64,000 bases of DNA. It comes from Dehalococcoidia bacterium (GTDB lineage Bacteria; Chloroflexota; Dehalococcoidia; UBA2979). Under the pieces are notes generated by a model that saw only the letters and a program-made list of their open reading frames with translations, searched no databases and had not been told where the DNA came from. The translations under genes and the position numbers were made by a program. The stretch is taken from the NCBI GenBank assembly GCA_963667465.2, contig CAXXDN010000001.1:128001-192000 (forward strand). Direction: 5' to 3'. Within the stretch, counting starts at the first letter, position 1. Each line of letters starts with the position of its first letter. Shown piece by piece: positions 19,849 to 30,169 of this stretch.

Positions 19849-19887
19849 ACGTCCCCGCAGCGATCGCGGCATGCGAGGAGAGCCACC

Positions 19888-22800
19888 ATGACCGTCGAGG
19901 CGGCGCGCACGCAGTTCGAACCGGCGCCCTCGCGCGTCTCCTTCCCCGATCTCGAGCAGGAGATCCTCGAGTTCTGGCGCGAGCAGCGCGTCTTCGAGCG
20001 CAGCATCGAGGAGCGCCCCGCCGACCGCCTCTTCTCTTTCTACGAGGGCCCGCCGACCGCGAACGGGACGCCCGGCGTCCACCACGTGCTCGCGCGCGTC
20101 TTCAAGGACCTGATCCCGCGCTACAAAACCATGCGCGGCTACCGCGCGCCCCGGAAGGGCGGCTGGGACACGCACGGCCTGCCCGTCGAGCTCGAGGTGG
20201 AGCGCGAACTGGGCCTGCGCAACAAGCGCGAGATCGAGGAGTACGGCGTCGCCGCCTTCAACGAGCAGTGCCGTCAGTCCGTCTTCCGCTACGTCGCCGA
20301 CTGGGAGCGGATGACCGACCGCGTCGGCTGCTGGATCGACATGGCCGACGCCTACGTCACCTACTCCAACGACTACATCGAGAGCTGCTGGTGGATCTTC
20401 CGGCAGCTCTGGGACCGCGACCTGATCTTCCGCGACTACCGCGTGACCCCGCACTGCCCGCGCTGCGGCACCAGCCTCTCCAGCCACGAGATCGCCCTCG
20501 GCTACCGCGAGGACACCCCGGACCCCAGCGTCACCGTGCTCTTCGGGCTGAAGGCGGGAGCCGCCGAGGACTCCCCCAACGTTGGAGCCGACCCCGCGCT
20601 GCGCCTCGGCGACGGCGTGCCCACCTACGTCGTCGCCTGGACGACCACCCCGTGGACGCTGCCCGGCAACACCGCGCTCGCCGTCTCGGCCGAGGCCGAG
20701 TACGCGCTCGTCGAGGACGGCGAGCGGCGGCTGCTCCTCGCGAGCGACCGGGTGCGTGCCGTGCTGCCCGGCGACGGCGACCCGATCGTGCTCGCGCGCG
20801 TCCCCGGCGCGGCGCTCGCCGGGCTGGAGTACGAGCCGCTCTTCGAGTCGCGCGAGTGGGAGGGCGTCGAGACGCTCGCCTTCGAGGACGGCCACACCCA
20901 GCACGTTGAGCCGTCCGAGGCGCCCGCCCGCCGCGTCGTCGCCGCCGACTTCGTGGCGACCGACGACGGCACGGGCGTGGTGCACATCGCCCCGGCCTTC
21001 GGCGAGGAGGACTACGCGCTCGGCCGCGAGGAGGGGCTGACCTTCCTCGAGCCGGTCGCACTCGACGGCGCGTTCACTGGCGGGCCGTGGGCGGGGCAGT
21101 TCGTGAAGGACGCCGACCCGGCGATCGAGGCGGACCTCGAGGCGCGCGGGCTGCTGCTGGCGAGCGAGACGATCCGCCACACCTACCCGTTCTGCTGGCG
21201 CTGCGACACCCCGGTCCTCTACTACGCCAAGCCCAGTTGGTACATCCGCACGACCGCCGTCCGCGACCGGCTGGTCGCGAACAACCAGGACATCCGCTGG
21301 GTGCCCGGCCACATCCGCGACGGCCGCTTCGGCGAATGGCTCGACGGCAACGTCGACTGGGCGCTCTCGCGCGAGCGCTACTGGGGCACGCCGCTGCCCT
21401 TCTGGGGCTGCACGGCCTGCCGCCGCACGGACTGCATCGGCTCTTTCGAGGAGCTGGCCGAGCGCGGCGGCCTCAAGGGCCCGCCCGAGGACCCACACCG
21501 CCCGTACATCGACGAGGTCACCCTCGACTGCCCCGACTGCGGCGGCGAGATGCGCCGCACGCCCGAGGTCGCCGACGCCTGGTTCGACTCCGGGGCGATG
21601 CCCTACGCGCAGTGGCACTACCCGTTCGAGAACCGCGAGGTCTTCGACACGCGCTTCCCGGCCGACTTCATCTGCGAGGCCGTCGACCAGACGCGCGGCT
21701 GGTTCTACACCCTCCATGCCCTCGCCACGCTGCTCAACGCGATCGAGGAGGCGCCCGCGGGCGTCGCCTTCCGCAACGTGATCAGCGTCGGTCTGATCGA
21801 GGACGGCGAGGGCCAGAAGATGTCCAAGTCGCGCGGCAACGTCGTCGACCCGTGGGAGGTGATCGACGCCCATGGCGCGGACGCGCTGCGCTGGTACATG
21901 TACGCCGCCGCGCCGCCCGGCAATTCGCGCCGCTTCTCCTCGGAGCTCGTCGGAGAGGCCTCGCGGCGCGTGCTCTCCACGCTCTGGAACACCTACTCGT
22001 TCTTCGTCACCTACGCGAACATCGCCGGCTTCGACCCCGCAGACCCGCCGCCCGAGGGCGCGCGCAGCGAGCTCGACCGCTGGGTGCGCTCCGAGCTGCA
22101 CGCCACGATCCGCAAGGTCACGGACGCCCTCGACGCCTACGAGCCGCTCGAGGGCGCACGCCCGATCGCCGAGCTGATCGACCAGCTCTCGAACTGGTAC
22201 GTGCGGCGCAGCCGGCGGCGCTTCTGGAAGTCGGACGACTCGGCCGACACGCAGGCGGCGCTGCACACGCTCTACGAGTGCCTGACCACGATCGCGCGCC
22301 TGCTCGCCCCCTTCACGCCGTTCCTCGCCGAGGCGCTGCACCGCAACCTCGAGGCGGGCCGCACGCCCGGCGCGGCGGACTCGGTGCACCTCGAACCGTG
22401 GCCCGAGGCCGAGGCAGATGCGATCGACGAGCAGCTCGGGCGCGACATCGCGGTCGTGCAGCGCATGGTCTCGCTCGCTCGCGCCGCCCGCTCGAAGGCC
22501 GGCATCAAGGTGCGCCAGCCGCTGGCGAGCGCCGTGCTGACGCCACGCTCTGCCGAGGAACGAGCCTCCCTCGCGCGCCACACCGGGCAGATCGCGGACG
22601 AGCTCAACGTCAAGGCCGTCACCATCGAGGAGACGCCGGGCGACCGCGTGCGCTACACGATCACGCCCAACCTGCCCGTGCTCGGCCCGATCCACGGGCG
22701 CGAGCTGCCCGCCGTGCGCGCCGCCATCGCCGACCTCGACCCCGCCGCTACGGCAGCTACGATGCGCGCCGGCCAGCCCGTCGAGGCGGGCGGCTACACG

Positions 22801-23298
22801 ATCGAGCCCGGCGGGCTGCGCGTCGCCGTCGAGGCGGCCGAGGGCTGGAGCGCCGCCGAGGATGGCGGCCACCTGGCGCTCGTCGCGACGGAGCTGAGCG
22901 CGGAGCTCGCCGCCGAGGGGCTGGCGCGCGACCTCGTGCGCCACCTGCAGGAGCGGCGCCGCAGGGACGGGCTCGAAGTCAGCGACCGCATCCACGTCCG
23001 CTTCGAGGGCGCCGACTCGATCGCTGCCGTCGCGGCGGCGCACGGCGACTACATCACCGCAGAGACACTCGCTCGTTCGCTGGAGCACGGGCTCGATAGC
23101 GTCCCTGGGGACGTGGAAGTCACAGAAATGACGGTCACCACCGAGGTGAGCCTGTCGGCCACCGGCGTGGCCGGTGTCGGGCAGAGCGGATCAGTGAATC
23201 TCCAGGTTGTCCCGCCCGAGAGCCCCGCCGCGGCTCCACCTGCCGCCCCCCTGGAACACCTCGTCAAGTTCGCGCTGTGGAAGGCGGAGCCGGCCTGA
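19888..23298 (+). CDS. ileS: Isoleucine--tRNA ligase, IleRS2 type
   Basis: FYEGPPTANG, GWDTHGLPVE, WTTTPWTLP, SRERYWGTPLP, DQTRGWFY and KMSKS motifs, plus an Ile T-box. Confidence 0.96.
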   Translation: MTVEAARTQFEPAPSRVSFPDLEQEILEFWREQRVFERSIEERPADRLFSFYEGPPTANGTPGVHHVLARVFKDLIPRYKTMRGYRAPRKGGWDTHGLPVELEVERELGLRNKREIEEYGVAAFNEQCRQSVFRYVADWERMTDRVGCWIDMADAYVTYSNDYIESCWWIFRQLWDRDLIFRDYRVTPHCPRCGTSLSSHEIALGYREDTPDPSVTVLFGLKAGAAEDSPNVGADPALRLGDGVPTYVVAWTTTPWTLPGNTALAVSAEAEYALVEDGERRLLLASDRVRAVLPGDGDPIVLARVPGAALAGLEYEPLFESREWEGVETLAFEDGHTQHVEPSEAPARRVVAADFVATDDGTGVVHIAPAFGEEDYALGREEGLTFLEPVALDGAFTGGPWAGQFVKDADPAIEADLEARGLLLASETIRHTYPFCWRCDTPVLYYAKPSWYIRTTAVRDRLVANNQDIRWVPGHIRDGRFGEWLDGNVDWALSRERYWGTPLPFWGCTACRRTDCIGSFEELAERGGLKGPPEDPHRPYIDEVTLDCPDCGGEMRRTPEVADAWFDSGAMPYAQWHYPFENREVFDTRFPADFICEAVDQTRGWFYTLHALATLLNAIEEAPAGVAFRNVISVGLIEDGEGQKMSKSRGNVVDPWEVIDAHGADALRWYMYAAAPPGNSRRFSSELVGEASRRVLSTLWNTYSFFVTYANIAGFDPADPPPEGARSELDRWVRSELHATIRKVTDALDAYEPLEGARPIAELIDQLSNWYVRRSRRRFWKSDDSADTQAALHTLYECLTTIARLLAPFTPFLAEALHRNLEAGRTPGAADSVHLEPWPEAEADAIDEQLGRDIAVVQRMVSLARAARSKAGIKVRQPLASAVLTPRSAEERASLARHTGQIADELNVKAVTIEETPGDRVRYTITPNLPVLGPIHGRELPAVRAAIADLDPAATAATMRAGQPVEAGGYTIEPGGLRVAVEAAEGWSAAEDGGHLALVATELSAELAAEGLARDLVRHLQERRRRDGLEVSDRIHVRFEGADSIAAVAAAHGDYITAETLARSLEHGLDSVPGDVEVTEMTVTTEVSLSATGVAGVGQSGSVNLQVVPPESPAAAPPAAPLEHLVKFALWKAEPA

Positions 23299-24410
23299 TG
23301 GCGGCCTCGGCGGACGAGCGGACGCTCATCTGGTGCACCGGCATCAGCGGCTCGCAGCGCACGGACTACGTCAACGAGGCCGCCGCGGCGATCCGCGCCG
23401 AGGGCCGTACGTGCCTGGTGATCGACATCGGCGACCTGCTGGAGCAGGTGCCGGAACACCTCAAGGTCGGCGCGAGCCGCACGGAGCTGCTCGACGGCAA
23501 CGAGGACGTGCTGCGGCTGCATCGCTCCTACGCGCTGCAGAACATGCTGCGCATGATCGAGGAGACCGAGGCCGACGTGGTGCTCGTCTCCACGCACGCC
23601 TGCTTCATGCGCAACGGCCGGCTGATGCCCGGCCTCGACATGCACTTCATCAAGGAGCACTTCGCCGGGCGCATCTCCGCCTTCGCGACGGTGGTGCTGG
23701 ACACGCCGGACGTGTGGCAGGCGCTGGCGCAGCGGCCAGAGTGGGCGGGCCGCCTGCGCCTCGCCGAGGTGGCGCAGTGGCGCGACTTCGAGGTGGCGCT
23801 GACGCGCATGCTCGCCGAGTACGAGGGCACGCCCTTCTACCTGCTCGCCCGCCGTGATCCCGCCGAGGGCCTGGCGCGGCTGACCCGCCGCCCGCCCGCG
23901 CCCGCCGCCTACCTCAGCTACCCGATCACCGCGATCCTCCAGTCCGGCAGCACCGAGCTGATCGATGGCGCGCGCACGCTCGCCGCGCGCCTGCGCGACG
24001 AGGCCGGCCTCGTCGTCTTCGACCCGCTCTCGATCGAGGACCTGCCGCAGACGAAGGAAGGCGCGCCGCCGCATGAGACGCGCGCGGACGACAACGGCGG
24101 CGCGCCCGCGATCAGCGCCGAGATGGAGCACGAGGCCGAGCCATACCTCGTGAGCCACACCGTGGCGACAGACCTGCAGTTGATCGACCAGGCGGACATG
24201 GTGGTCGTCTACTACCCGACCGACAAAGTCTCGCCGGGCGTGTTCACGGAGATGTCGCACGCCCGCGACCGCCGCAAGCCGCTCTACCTCTGCGAGTTCC
24301 CCGGCTCCCCGGAGCGCGTCAGTCCCTTCCTCGGGCTCTTCCATACCGCCTCGTTCGAGTCGGTCGACGGCCTGATCGAGCACCTGCAGAGTAAGCAGCA
24401 GGCGGGCTGA
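23298..24410 (+). CDS. Hypothetical fusion: archaeal adenylate-kinase-like P-loop domain plus nucleoside 2-deoxyribosyltransferase-like domain
   Basis: TGISGSQRT..STHA at the N-terminus and YLSYP..FDP..D..LIDQADMVV..SPGVFTE at the C-terminus. TGATG coupling with ileS. Confidence 0.6.
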   Translation: MAASADERTLIWCTGISGSQRTDYVNEAAAAIRAEGRTCLVIDIGDLLEQVPEHLKVGASRTELLDGNEDVLRLHRSYALQNMLRMIEETEADVVLVSTHACFMRNGRLMPGLDMHFIKEHFAGRISAFATVVLDTPDVWQALAQRPEWAGRLRLAEVAQWRDFEVALTRMLAEYEGTPFYLLARRDPAEGLARLTRRPPAPAAYLSYPITAILQSGSTELIDGARTLAARLRDEAGLVVFDPLSIEDLPQTKEGAPPHETRADDNGGAPAISAEMEHEAEPYLVSHTVATDLQLIDQADMVVVYYPTDKVSPGVFTEMSHARDRRKPLYLCEFPGSPERVSPFLGLFHTASFESVDGLIEHLQSKQQAG

Positions 24411-24434
24411 ACCGGGCAACGAGGCGGGCGGTCG

Positions 24435-25316
24435 TCAGCCGTCGCGACGGCGGCGCGAGGCCTCGGCGGCGAACTCCGCGCCGAAGAGCAGGATCAGCGA
24501 GCTGACGAAGACCCAGGCGAGCAGCGCGATCACGCCGCCGAGCGAGCCGTAGACGAGGTCGTAGGTGGCGAAGTTCTCGAAGTAGATCGCGAAGCCGAAC
24601 GTGCCGACCTGCAACCCGACGGTCGCAGTCAGCGCCCCCGGCCAGAGATCGGCCGCGCGCAGCGAGCGGTTGGGCAGCAAGAGATAGAGCAGCAGCAGCC
24701 CGACGAAGCTGAGCAGCGCCGGGATCGCGATCGCCCCGAGCTCCCAGAACAGCGTCAACTCCTCGAGCGGCCCGATGTTGCCTGCCAGCGCCTGCACGAA
24801 GCGCCAGACTGTGGAAAGCAGCAGCGAGGTGATGAACAGCAGGCCGAGCACCGGCAGCACCGTCATGTCGACCAGCCAGCCGACCAGCAACGGACGCTGC
24901 TCCTCCGCCCGGAAGATGACGTTGAGCGACCCTCGCAGCGAGCGGGCCAGCGCGGTGGCGGCAATCACGGTGCCGACCAGAGCGAACGCCCCGATGCTCG
25001 CACTCCGGCCCGCGACGTTGCTGACCGCCTCCTCGATCGTCGGCGCCTCGATGGGAAGCGCGGCGACGATCTCGGCCAGCACGCGCTGCTGCAGTTCCTC
25101 GTCGCGCAACACCACGCCGAAGCTGGCGAGCGCGAGCAGCAGGAAGGGGAAGATCGAGAGCAACGCGAAGTAGGAGAGCGACGCCGCCATCTGCGGGGCA
25201 CGATTGCGGCCGAAGTTGAAGGCCGCATGCCACAGCACCAGCACCCAGTGCATGACCGAAGCCGGGAGGCGAGCGACCCAATCGGCAATCGTCGCGGCGA
25301 GCGTTCCTCCAGGCAT
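24435..25316 (-). CDS. YihY/BrkB family membrane protein
   Basis: AASLSYFALLSIFP, YGSLGGVIALL.W and ILLFGAE motifs. Confidence 0.9.
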   Translation of the reverse strand: MPGGTLAATIADWVARLPASVMHWVLVLWHAAFNFGRNRAPQMAASLSYFALLSIFPFLLLALASFGVVLRDEELQQRVLAEIVAALPIEAPTIEEAVSNVAGRSASIGAFALVGTVIAATALARSLRGSLNVIFRAEEQRPLLVGWLVDMTVLPVLGLLFITSLLLSTVWRFVQALAGNIGPLEELTLFWELGAIAIPALLSFVGLLLLYLLLPNRSLRAADLWPGALTATVGLQVGTFGFAIYFENFATYDLVYGSLGGVIALLAWVFVSSLILLFGAEFAAEASRRRRDG

Positions 25317-25435
25317 ACGTGCTCCCTCGCGAGGACCGCGGCCGCACGGAGGCGCCACAGCGCCCGCCTCGACCTTCGCCGCTCGTACGGTGATCCTATG
25401 ATCAGAGCGCACGGCGCGGCCAAGCGAGGAGCACG

Positions 25436-26623
25436 GTGAGCGAACGCCGCAGCGAGGAAGCGCGCACGGAGGGCGACGGCGAGGCGCGCCGGCCGCTGCA
25501 TCGCCGCGTCGTGCTGAAGGTCGGCACCAACCTGCTGACCGGCGGCGGCAATCAGCTCGACCGCGCGATCATGGCGACCATCGCCGACCAGCTCGCCGAG
25601 GTACACGCCGGCGGCGGCGAGGTCGTGTTCGTGACCTCCGGCGCGATCGCCGCCGGACGCGACCGCCTCGCCGCGGCCCGCGGCGGGGACGCGGCGGCCC
25701 GGCTTCCGCACCACCTCACGAAGCGCCAGGTGCTGGCCGCGCTCGGCCAGGGCCCGCTGCTCTCGCTCTGGGACGAGCTGCTCTCCGCACGCTCGATCAC
25801 CATCGCACAGGCACTGCTCGGCGGCGCCGACCTCGCCGACCGCCAGGGCTACCTCAACGCGCGCAACACGCTGCTCGCGCTGCTCGACATCGGCGTCGTG
25901 CCGGTCGTGAACGAGAACGACGTCGTCTCCGTGGAGGAGATTCAGGACGCAACGATCGGCGACAACGACAGCCTCTCCGCGCACGTCGCCAACCTCGTCG
26001 ATGCCGACCTGCTGCTGATGCTCACCGACATCGCCGGTCTCTACAGCGCGGACCCCACCCGCGACGCCGAAGCGCGGCTGATCGAGCGCGTCGATCACAT
26101 CGGCGCGGCGATCGAGGCGGCGGCGCGAGGCCCGGGTGCGCGCGGCCGCGGCGGGATGCGGACCAAGGTGGAGGCCGCCAGGCTGGCCACGCAGTCCGGC
26201 GCGCATGCGGTGATCGCCGACGGCCGCCGCCCGCACGTCGTGCGCGACGCCGTCCTCGGCGAGCCGGTCGGCACCTGGTTCGCGCCGACCACGGACCGCC
26301 TCGAGAGCCGTCGCCGCTACCTGCTCTCGCCGCTGCACGTGCAGGGCTCGATCACGATCGACGCGGGCGCGGTCCGCGCGCTCGTACGACACGGGCGCTC
26401 GCTCCTCCCCGCCGGGATCGTCGCCACCAGCGGCGAGTTCGAGCGCGGCAGCGTCGTCCGCATCGAGAGCCGCGAGGGCGAGCACATCGCGAGCGGCCGC
26501 GTGAACTACGGCGCCGAGGATCTGCGCCGCATCAACGGCGTCCACTCGGACCGCATCGAGGAGCTCCTCGGCTACGACTACGGCGACGAGGCCGTGCACC
26601 GCGACAACCTGGTGCTGCTCTGA
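25436..26623 (+). CDS. proB: Glutamate 5-kinase with PUA domain
   Basis: KVGT, TSGAIAAG, NEND, GDNDSL and GGMRTK motifs. Confidence 0.95.
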   Translation: MSERRSEEARTEGDGEARRPLHRRVVLKVGTNLLTGGGNQLDRAIMATIADQLAEVHAGGGEVVFVTSGAIAAGRDRLAAARGGDAAARLPHHLTKRQVLAALGQGPLLSLWDELLSARSITIAQALLGGADLADRQGYLNARNTLLALLDIGVVPVVNENDVVSVEEIQDATIGDNDSLSAHVANLVDADLLLMLTDIAGLYSADPTRDAEARLIERVDHIGAAIEAAARGPGARGRGGMRTKVEAARLATQSGAHAVIADGRRPHVVRDAVLGEPVGTWFAPTTDRLESRRRYLLSPLHVQGSITIDAGAVRALVRHGRSLLPAGIVATSGEFERGSVVRIESREGEHIASGRVNYGAEDLRRINGVHSDRIEELLGYDYGDEAVHRDNLVLL

Positions 26624-26695
26624 CTGGCTATCGGGCTATCGGGCTATCTGGCTACCGGGGCGACGGCCCGGCCAGCGGCGGATAGACTGATCGCC

Positions 26696-27967
26696 ATGAC
26701 AACGACAGCACAATCCGAGGCCGTCGAGCGAGCCAGCCGCGTACGCGGAGCGAGCCGCCGCCTGGCCACCACACCCGCCGACCGCAAGAACGCGGCCCTC
26801 GAGGCGATCGCCACCGCCCTGGAGGCCCAGACCGACACGATCCTCGCGATCAACGGACCGGAGCTCGAGCGCGCCGAGGCGAACGGCGTCACGGGGTCGT
26901 TCCTGGACCGCATGGAGCTCACTCCGGAGCGCATCGCCGCGCTGGCCGGAGACGTGCGCGCTGTTGCCGACCTGCCCGACCCGGTGGGCCAGATCGAGGA
27001 ACTGCAGACGCGCCCCAACGGCCTGCAGGTGGGACGCATGCGCGTGCCGATCGGCGTGATCGGCGCGATCTACGAGTCGCGCCCCAACGTGACGATCGAC
27101 ATCGCCTCGATCTGCCTCAAGGCGGGCAACGGCGTGCTGCTGCGCTCCGGCAGCGACGCGCACGCAAGCTCCGCGGCGCTGGCCTCGATCGCCGCTCGCG
27201 CCATCGAGCAGGCCGGGTTGCCCGCACACTGCGTCGAGTTCATCCAGTCCACCGACCGCGCCGAGGTTGGCGAGATGCTGCGCGCCGCCGACGAGATCGA
27301 CCTGATGATTCCCCGCGGCGGCGCCGACCTGATCCGGCGCGTCCGCGACGAGGCCACGATGCCCGTCATCGCCGGCGGGATCGGCGTCTGCCACACCTAC
27401 ATCGACGCCGCCGCCGACCTCAAGATGGCGGAGCCGATCGTCGTCAATGCCAAGACGCAACGGCCTTCGGTCTGCAACGCGATGGACACGCTGCTGGTGC
27501 ACCGCGACGTGGCGGCAGAGTTCGTGCCACACATCACCCGCGCGCTCGGCGAGCGGGGCGTCACCGTGCACGCCGACGCGCGCGCCGGAGCGCTCGCCGG
27601 GGAGGCTCCCAACGCCGTACCCGTCGGCGAGGAGGACTACGACCGGGAGTGGCTCTCGCTCGACTGCTCGCTGCGCGTCGTGGACTCGCTCGACGACGCG
27701 CTCGCACACATCGAGGAGCACGGCAGCGGGCACTCCGAGGCGATCGTCAGCGACTCCTACGCCGCGGCGCAGCGCTTCCTGCGCGAGGCGGACGCCGCGG
27801 CGGTCTTCGTCAACGCCTCCACCTACTTCAACGACGGTGCGCAGTTCGGGCTCGGCTGCGAGGTCGGCATCTCGACCGGGAAGCTGCACGCGCGCGGTCC
27901 GATGGGGCTGCGCGAGCTGACCTCGTACAAGTGGGTCGTGCTCGGGCGCGGCCAGATCCGCACCTGA
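26696..27967 (+). CDS. proA: Gamma-glutamyl phosphate reductase
   Basis: IYESRPNVT, PSVCNA, HSEAI and ISTGKLHARGPMGL motifs. Confidence 0.96.
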   Translation: MTTTAQSEAVERASRVRGASRRLATTPADRKNAALEAIATALEAQTDTILAINGPELERAEANGVTGSFLDRMELTPERIAALAGDVRAVADLPDPVGQIEELQTRPNGLQVGRMRVPIGVIGAIYESRPNVTIDIASICLKAGNGVLLRSGSDAHASSAALASIAARAIEQAGLPAHCVEFIQSTDRAEVGEMLRAADEIDLMIPRGGADLIRRVRDEATMPVIAGGIGVCHTYIDAAADLKMAEPIVVNAKTQRPSVCNAMDTLLVHRDVAAEFVPHITRALGERGVTVHADARAGALAGEAPNAVPVGEEDYDREWLSLDCSLRVVDSLDDALAHIEEHGSGHSEAIVSDSYAAAQRFLREADAAAVFVNASTYFNDGAQFGLGCEVGISTGKLHARGPMGLRELTSYKWVVLGRGQIRT

Positions 27968-28079
27968 CGCCCTCGCAGCGCACGCGGCGAGCGCCTGCGG
28001 CAGCATCGCGGTAAGGTCTCCGCTGAGGGCGCGACACGGCGCGCCCGGCGCACGCCAGCAATCCACCGGGGAGGGTCAG

Positions 28080-28415
28080 ATGGCTGAGTTCCGGTTCACG
28101 CGGGAGGCGCGCACTCCCCACTCCGAGTCCTATCGTGTCGACGACGGCGAGCACGCGATCGCCCGCGCCGACATCCACCTCACCGCGGCCGGCGCGCACG
28201 CCACCCTCGCCGTCCACCAGTCCGTCTCCGACGAAACCCTGCACGACCTCCTCGAGGCGCTCGACGACGAGATCGTCTCCACCGCCGACCCCTACCGCGA
28301 GGACCTGGTCGTCACCGTCTGGCGCGGCGAGGAGGTCGGCGTCTTCGCCGACGACAGCGACGACGAAGACGACGAGGACGAAACCGGGGACGGCGAGGAC
28401 GACGGCTCCTCCTGA
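28080..28415 (+). CDS. Hypothetical acidic protein
   Basis: GGGAGG RBS, host-like codon usage and F.RE.RTPHSE.Y pattern. Confidence 0.7.
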   Translation: MAEFRFTREARTPHSESYRVDDGEHAIARADIHLTAAGAHATLAVHQSVSDETLHDLLEALDDEIVSTADPYREDLVVTVWRGEEVGVFADDSDDEDDEDETGDGEDDGSS

Positions 28416-28437
28416 GCCGCGCCCCGGCGCCACGCCC

Positions 28438-29199
28438 GTGCGTCCCGCCAGCCTGCCCGCGCCCGACCAGATCGAGGCGATCCTCTTCGACCTCGACGAC
28501 ACGCTCGTGGACGCGCGCGGCAGCTGGCGCGCCGGCTTCGCCGAGGCGATCGCCGAGCTGCACGCACGCAGCCCCGCCCTGCAGCGGCTCGGATTGCCGA
28601 CGACCATCTACGACGCCTGGTTCCGCCGCTACGGCGAGGACGCCCACCGCGCCGCCGGCTTCGGCGAGTGGCAGGCGCGCTTCACCATCGAGGCGTTCGA
28701 GCGGCTCGTCAGCGAGCACCTTGGGCCGGACGCCGAGCTGGTCGAGCGGTTGCACGCGAGCTACCTGGCGGCCACACCCGGGCAGCTCGCGATCTTCCCG
28801 GACGCCGAACCGCTGCTCGAACGCCTCCGAGCGCGCTACCCGCTCGGCCTGATCTCGAACGGGCCGGGCGAGCTGCAGCGCCCGAAGATCGAGAAGTTCT
28901 CGCTCGAACGCCACTTCGAGGTGGTCGTCGTCTCGGGCGAGCTCGGCGTGCGCAAGCCGGACCCGGCGATCTTCGCGACCGCCCTCGAGGCGCTGGGCGT
29001 CGCTCCGGCGCGCACCGTCTTCATCGGCGACAACCCCACCGACGACGTCGCGGGCGCATGCGCCGTCGGGCTCGCGGCGATCTGGGTGAACCGCGGCGAC
29101 TGGCCGGCCCCTGACCCCGGCAACCGGGACGCGCTGCCCCATGCCGAGGTCAGCGAGTTGCGTCAGATCCCGGAAGCGCTCGGCCTCGGGAGCGAGTAG
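28438..29199 (+). CDS. HAD-family hydrolase
   Basis: FDLDDTL, ISNG, KPDPAIF and IGDNPTDD motifs. Start position is uncertain. Confidence 0.88.
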   Translation: MRPASLPAPDQIEAILFDLDDTLVDARGSWRAGFAEAIAELHARSPALQRLGLPTTIYDAWFRRYGEDAHRAAGFGEWQARFTIEAFERLVSEHLGPDAELVERLHASYLAATPGQLAIFPDAEPLLERLRARYPLGLISNGPGELQRPKIEKFSLERHFEVVVVSGELGVRKPDPAIFATALEALGVAPARTVFIGDNPTDDVAGACAVGLAAIWVNRGDWPAPDPGNRDALPHAEVSELRQIPEALGLGSE

Positions 29200-29218
29200 A
29201 CCGCGTCGAGCCGGTGGC

Positions 29219-30169
29219 TCAGCCCGGCTTGCGCCCGACGGCGCGCTGCGCGGCGGCGGCGATCGCCTGCGGCGTCAGACCGACGATCTCCAGCACTTCG
29301 TGCCAGACGCCGGACTCGCCGTAGCGGTTGTCGATGCCGACAAACTCCATCGGCACGGGCGCGCGCGTGGCGAGCGCCTGCGCGCACATCGCGCCGAGGC
29401 CGGAGTGCAGCAGGTGCTCCTCGGCGACGACGATCGCCCCGGTGGCGGCGGCCGCGCGGGTCAGCGCGTCAACGTCGAGCGGGCGGATCGTCGCCATGTT
29501 GAGCACGCGCGCCTCGATGCCCCCGGCTGCCAGCACGTCGGCCGCCTCGAGGGTGCGTTCGACCATCAGCCCATAGGAGACGAGGGTGACGTCGCCGCCC
29601 TCGCGCAACTGGTCGGCGCGGCCCAGCTCGAAGCGCGCACCGTCCGTGTAGAGGACCGCGTGCTTCGGGCGACCGGTGCGGATGTAGAAGGGGCCGGGCG
29701 TGCGGATCGCCGCCTCGATCACCGCCTCCGCCTCGACCACGTCGGCCGGGACGACGACGTTGAAGTTGACGAGCGAGGACATCACCGCGATGTCCTCGAC
29801 GGACTGCGCCGAGGCGCCGTCCTCGCCGACGGAGACGCCGCCGTGGGAGGCGATCATCTTGACGCTGAGGTTCGGCTGCGAGACGGACATGCGCAGCTGG
29901 TCGTAGGCGTGCTCGGCGAATACGGCGAACGTCGTCGCGACGGCGATGCGGCCCATCGCCGCCATCCCCGCGGCGGCCGAGATCATGTTCTGCTCCGCCA
30001 CCCCGAAGCTGAAGAAGCGCTCCGGGAAGCGGTCCCCGAACAGCCGCGCCGAGGTCGATTTCCCGAGGTCGGCGTCGGCCACGACGATGTCGTGGCCTTC
30101 CTCGTGCAGCCGGATCAGCGTCGGGCCGGTCGCCTCGCGAGTCGCGGCGGGCGCTGGTGCGGTGGTCAT
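29219..30169 (-). CDS. Transketolase, C-terminal subunit
   Basis: DADLGKST, GVAEQNM, GEDGAS.Q and EEH motifs. Confidence 0.92.
   Translation of the reverse strand: MTTAPAPAATREATGPTLIRLHEEGHDIVVADADLGKSTSARLFGDRFPERFFSFGVAEQNMISAAAGMAAMGRIAVATTFAVFAEHAYDQLRMSVSQPNLSVKMIASHGGVSVGEDGASAQSVEDIAVMSSLVNFNVVVPADVVEAEAVIEAAIRTPGPFYIRTGRPKHAVLYTDGARFELGRADQLREGGDVTLVSYGLMVERTLEAADVLAAGGIEARVLNMATIRPLDVDALTRAAAATGAIVVAEEHLLHSGLGAMCAQALATRAPVPMEFVGIDNRYGESGVWHEVLEIVGLTPQAIAAAAQRAVGRKPG

Noticed and set aside
26625-26656. GGCTATCG-type 8-mer tandem (about 4 copies) between proB and proA
   Set aside because: It is a short intergenic microsatellite with no supportable function.
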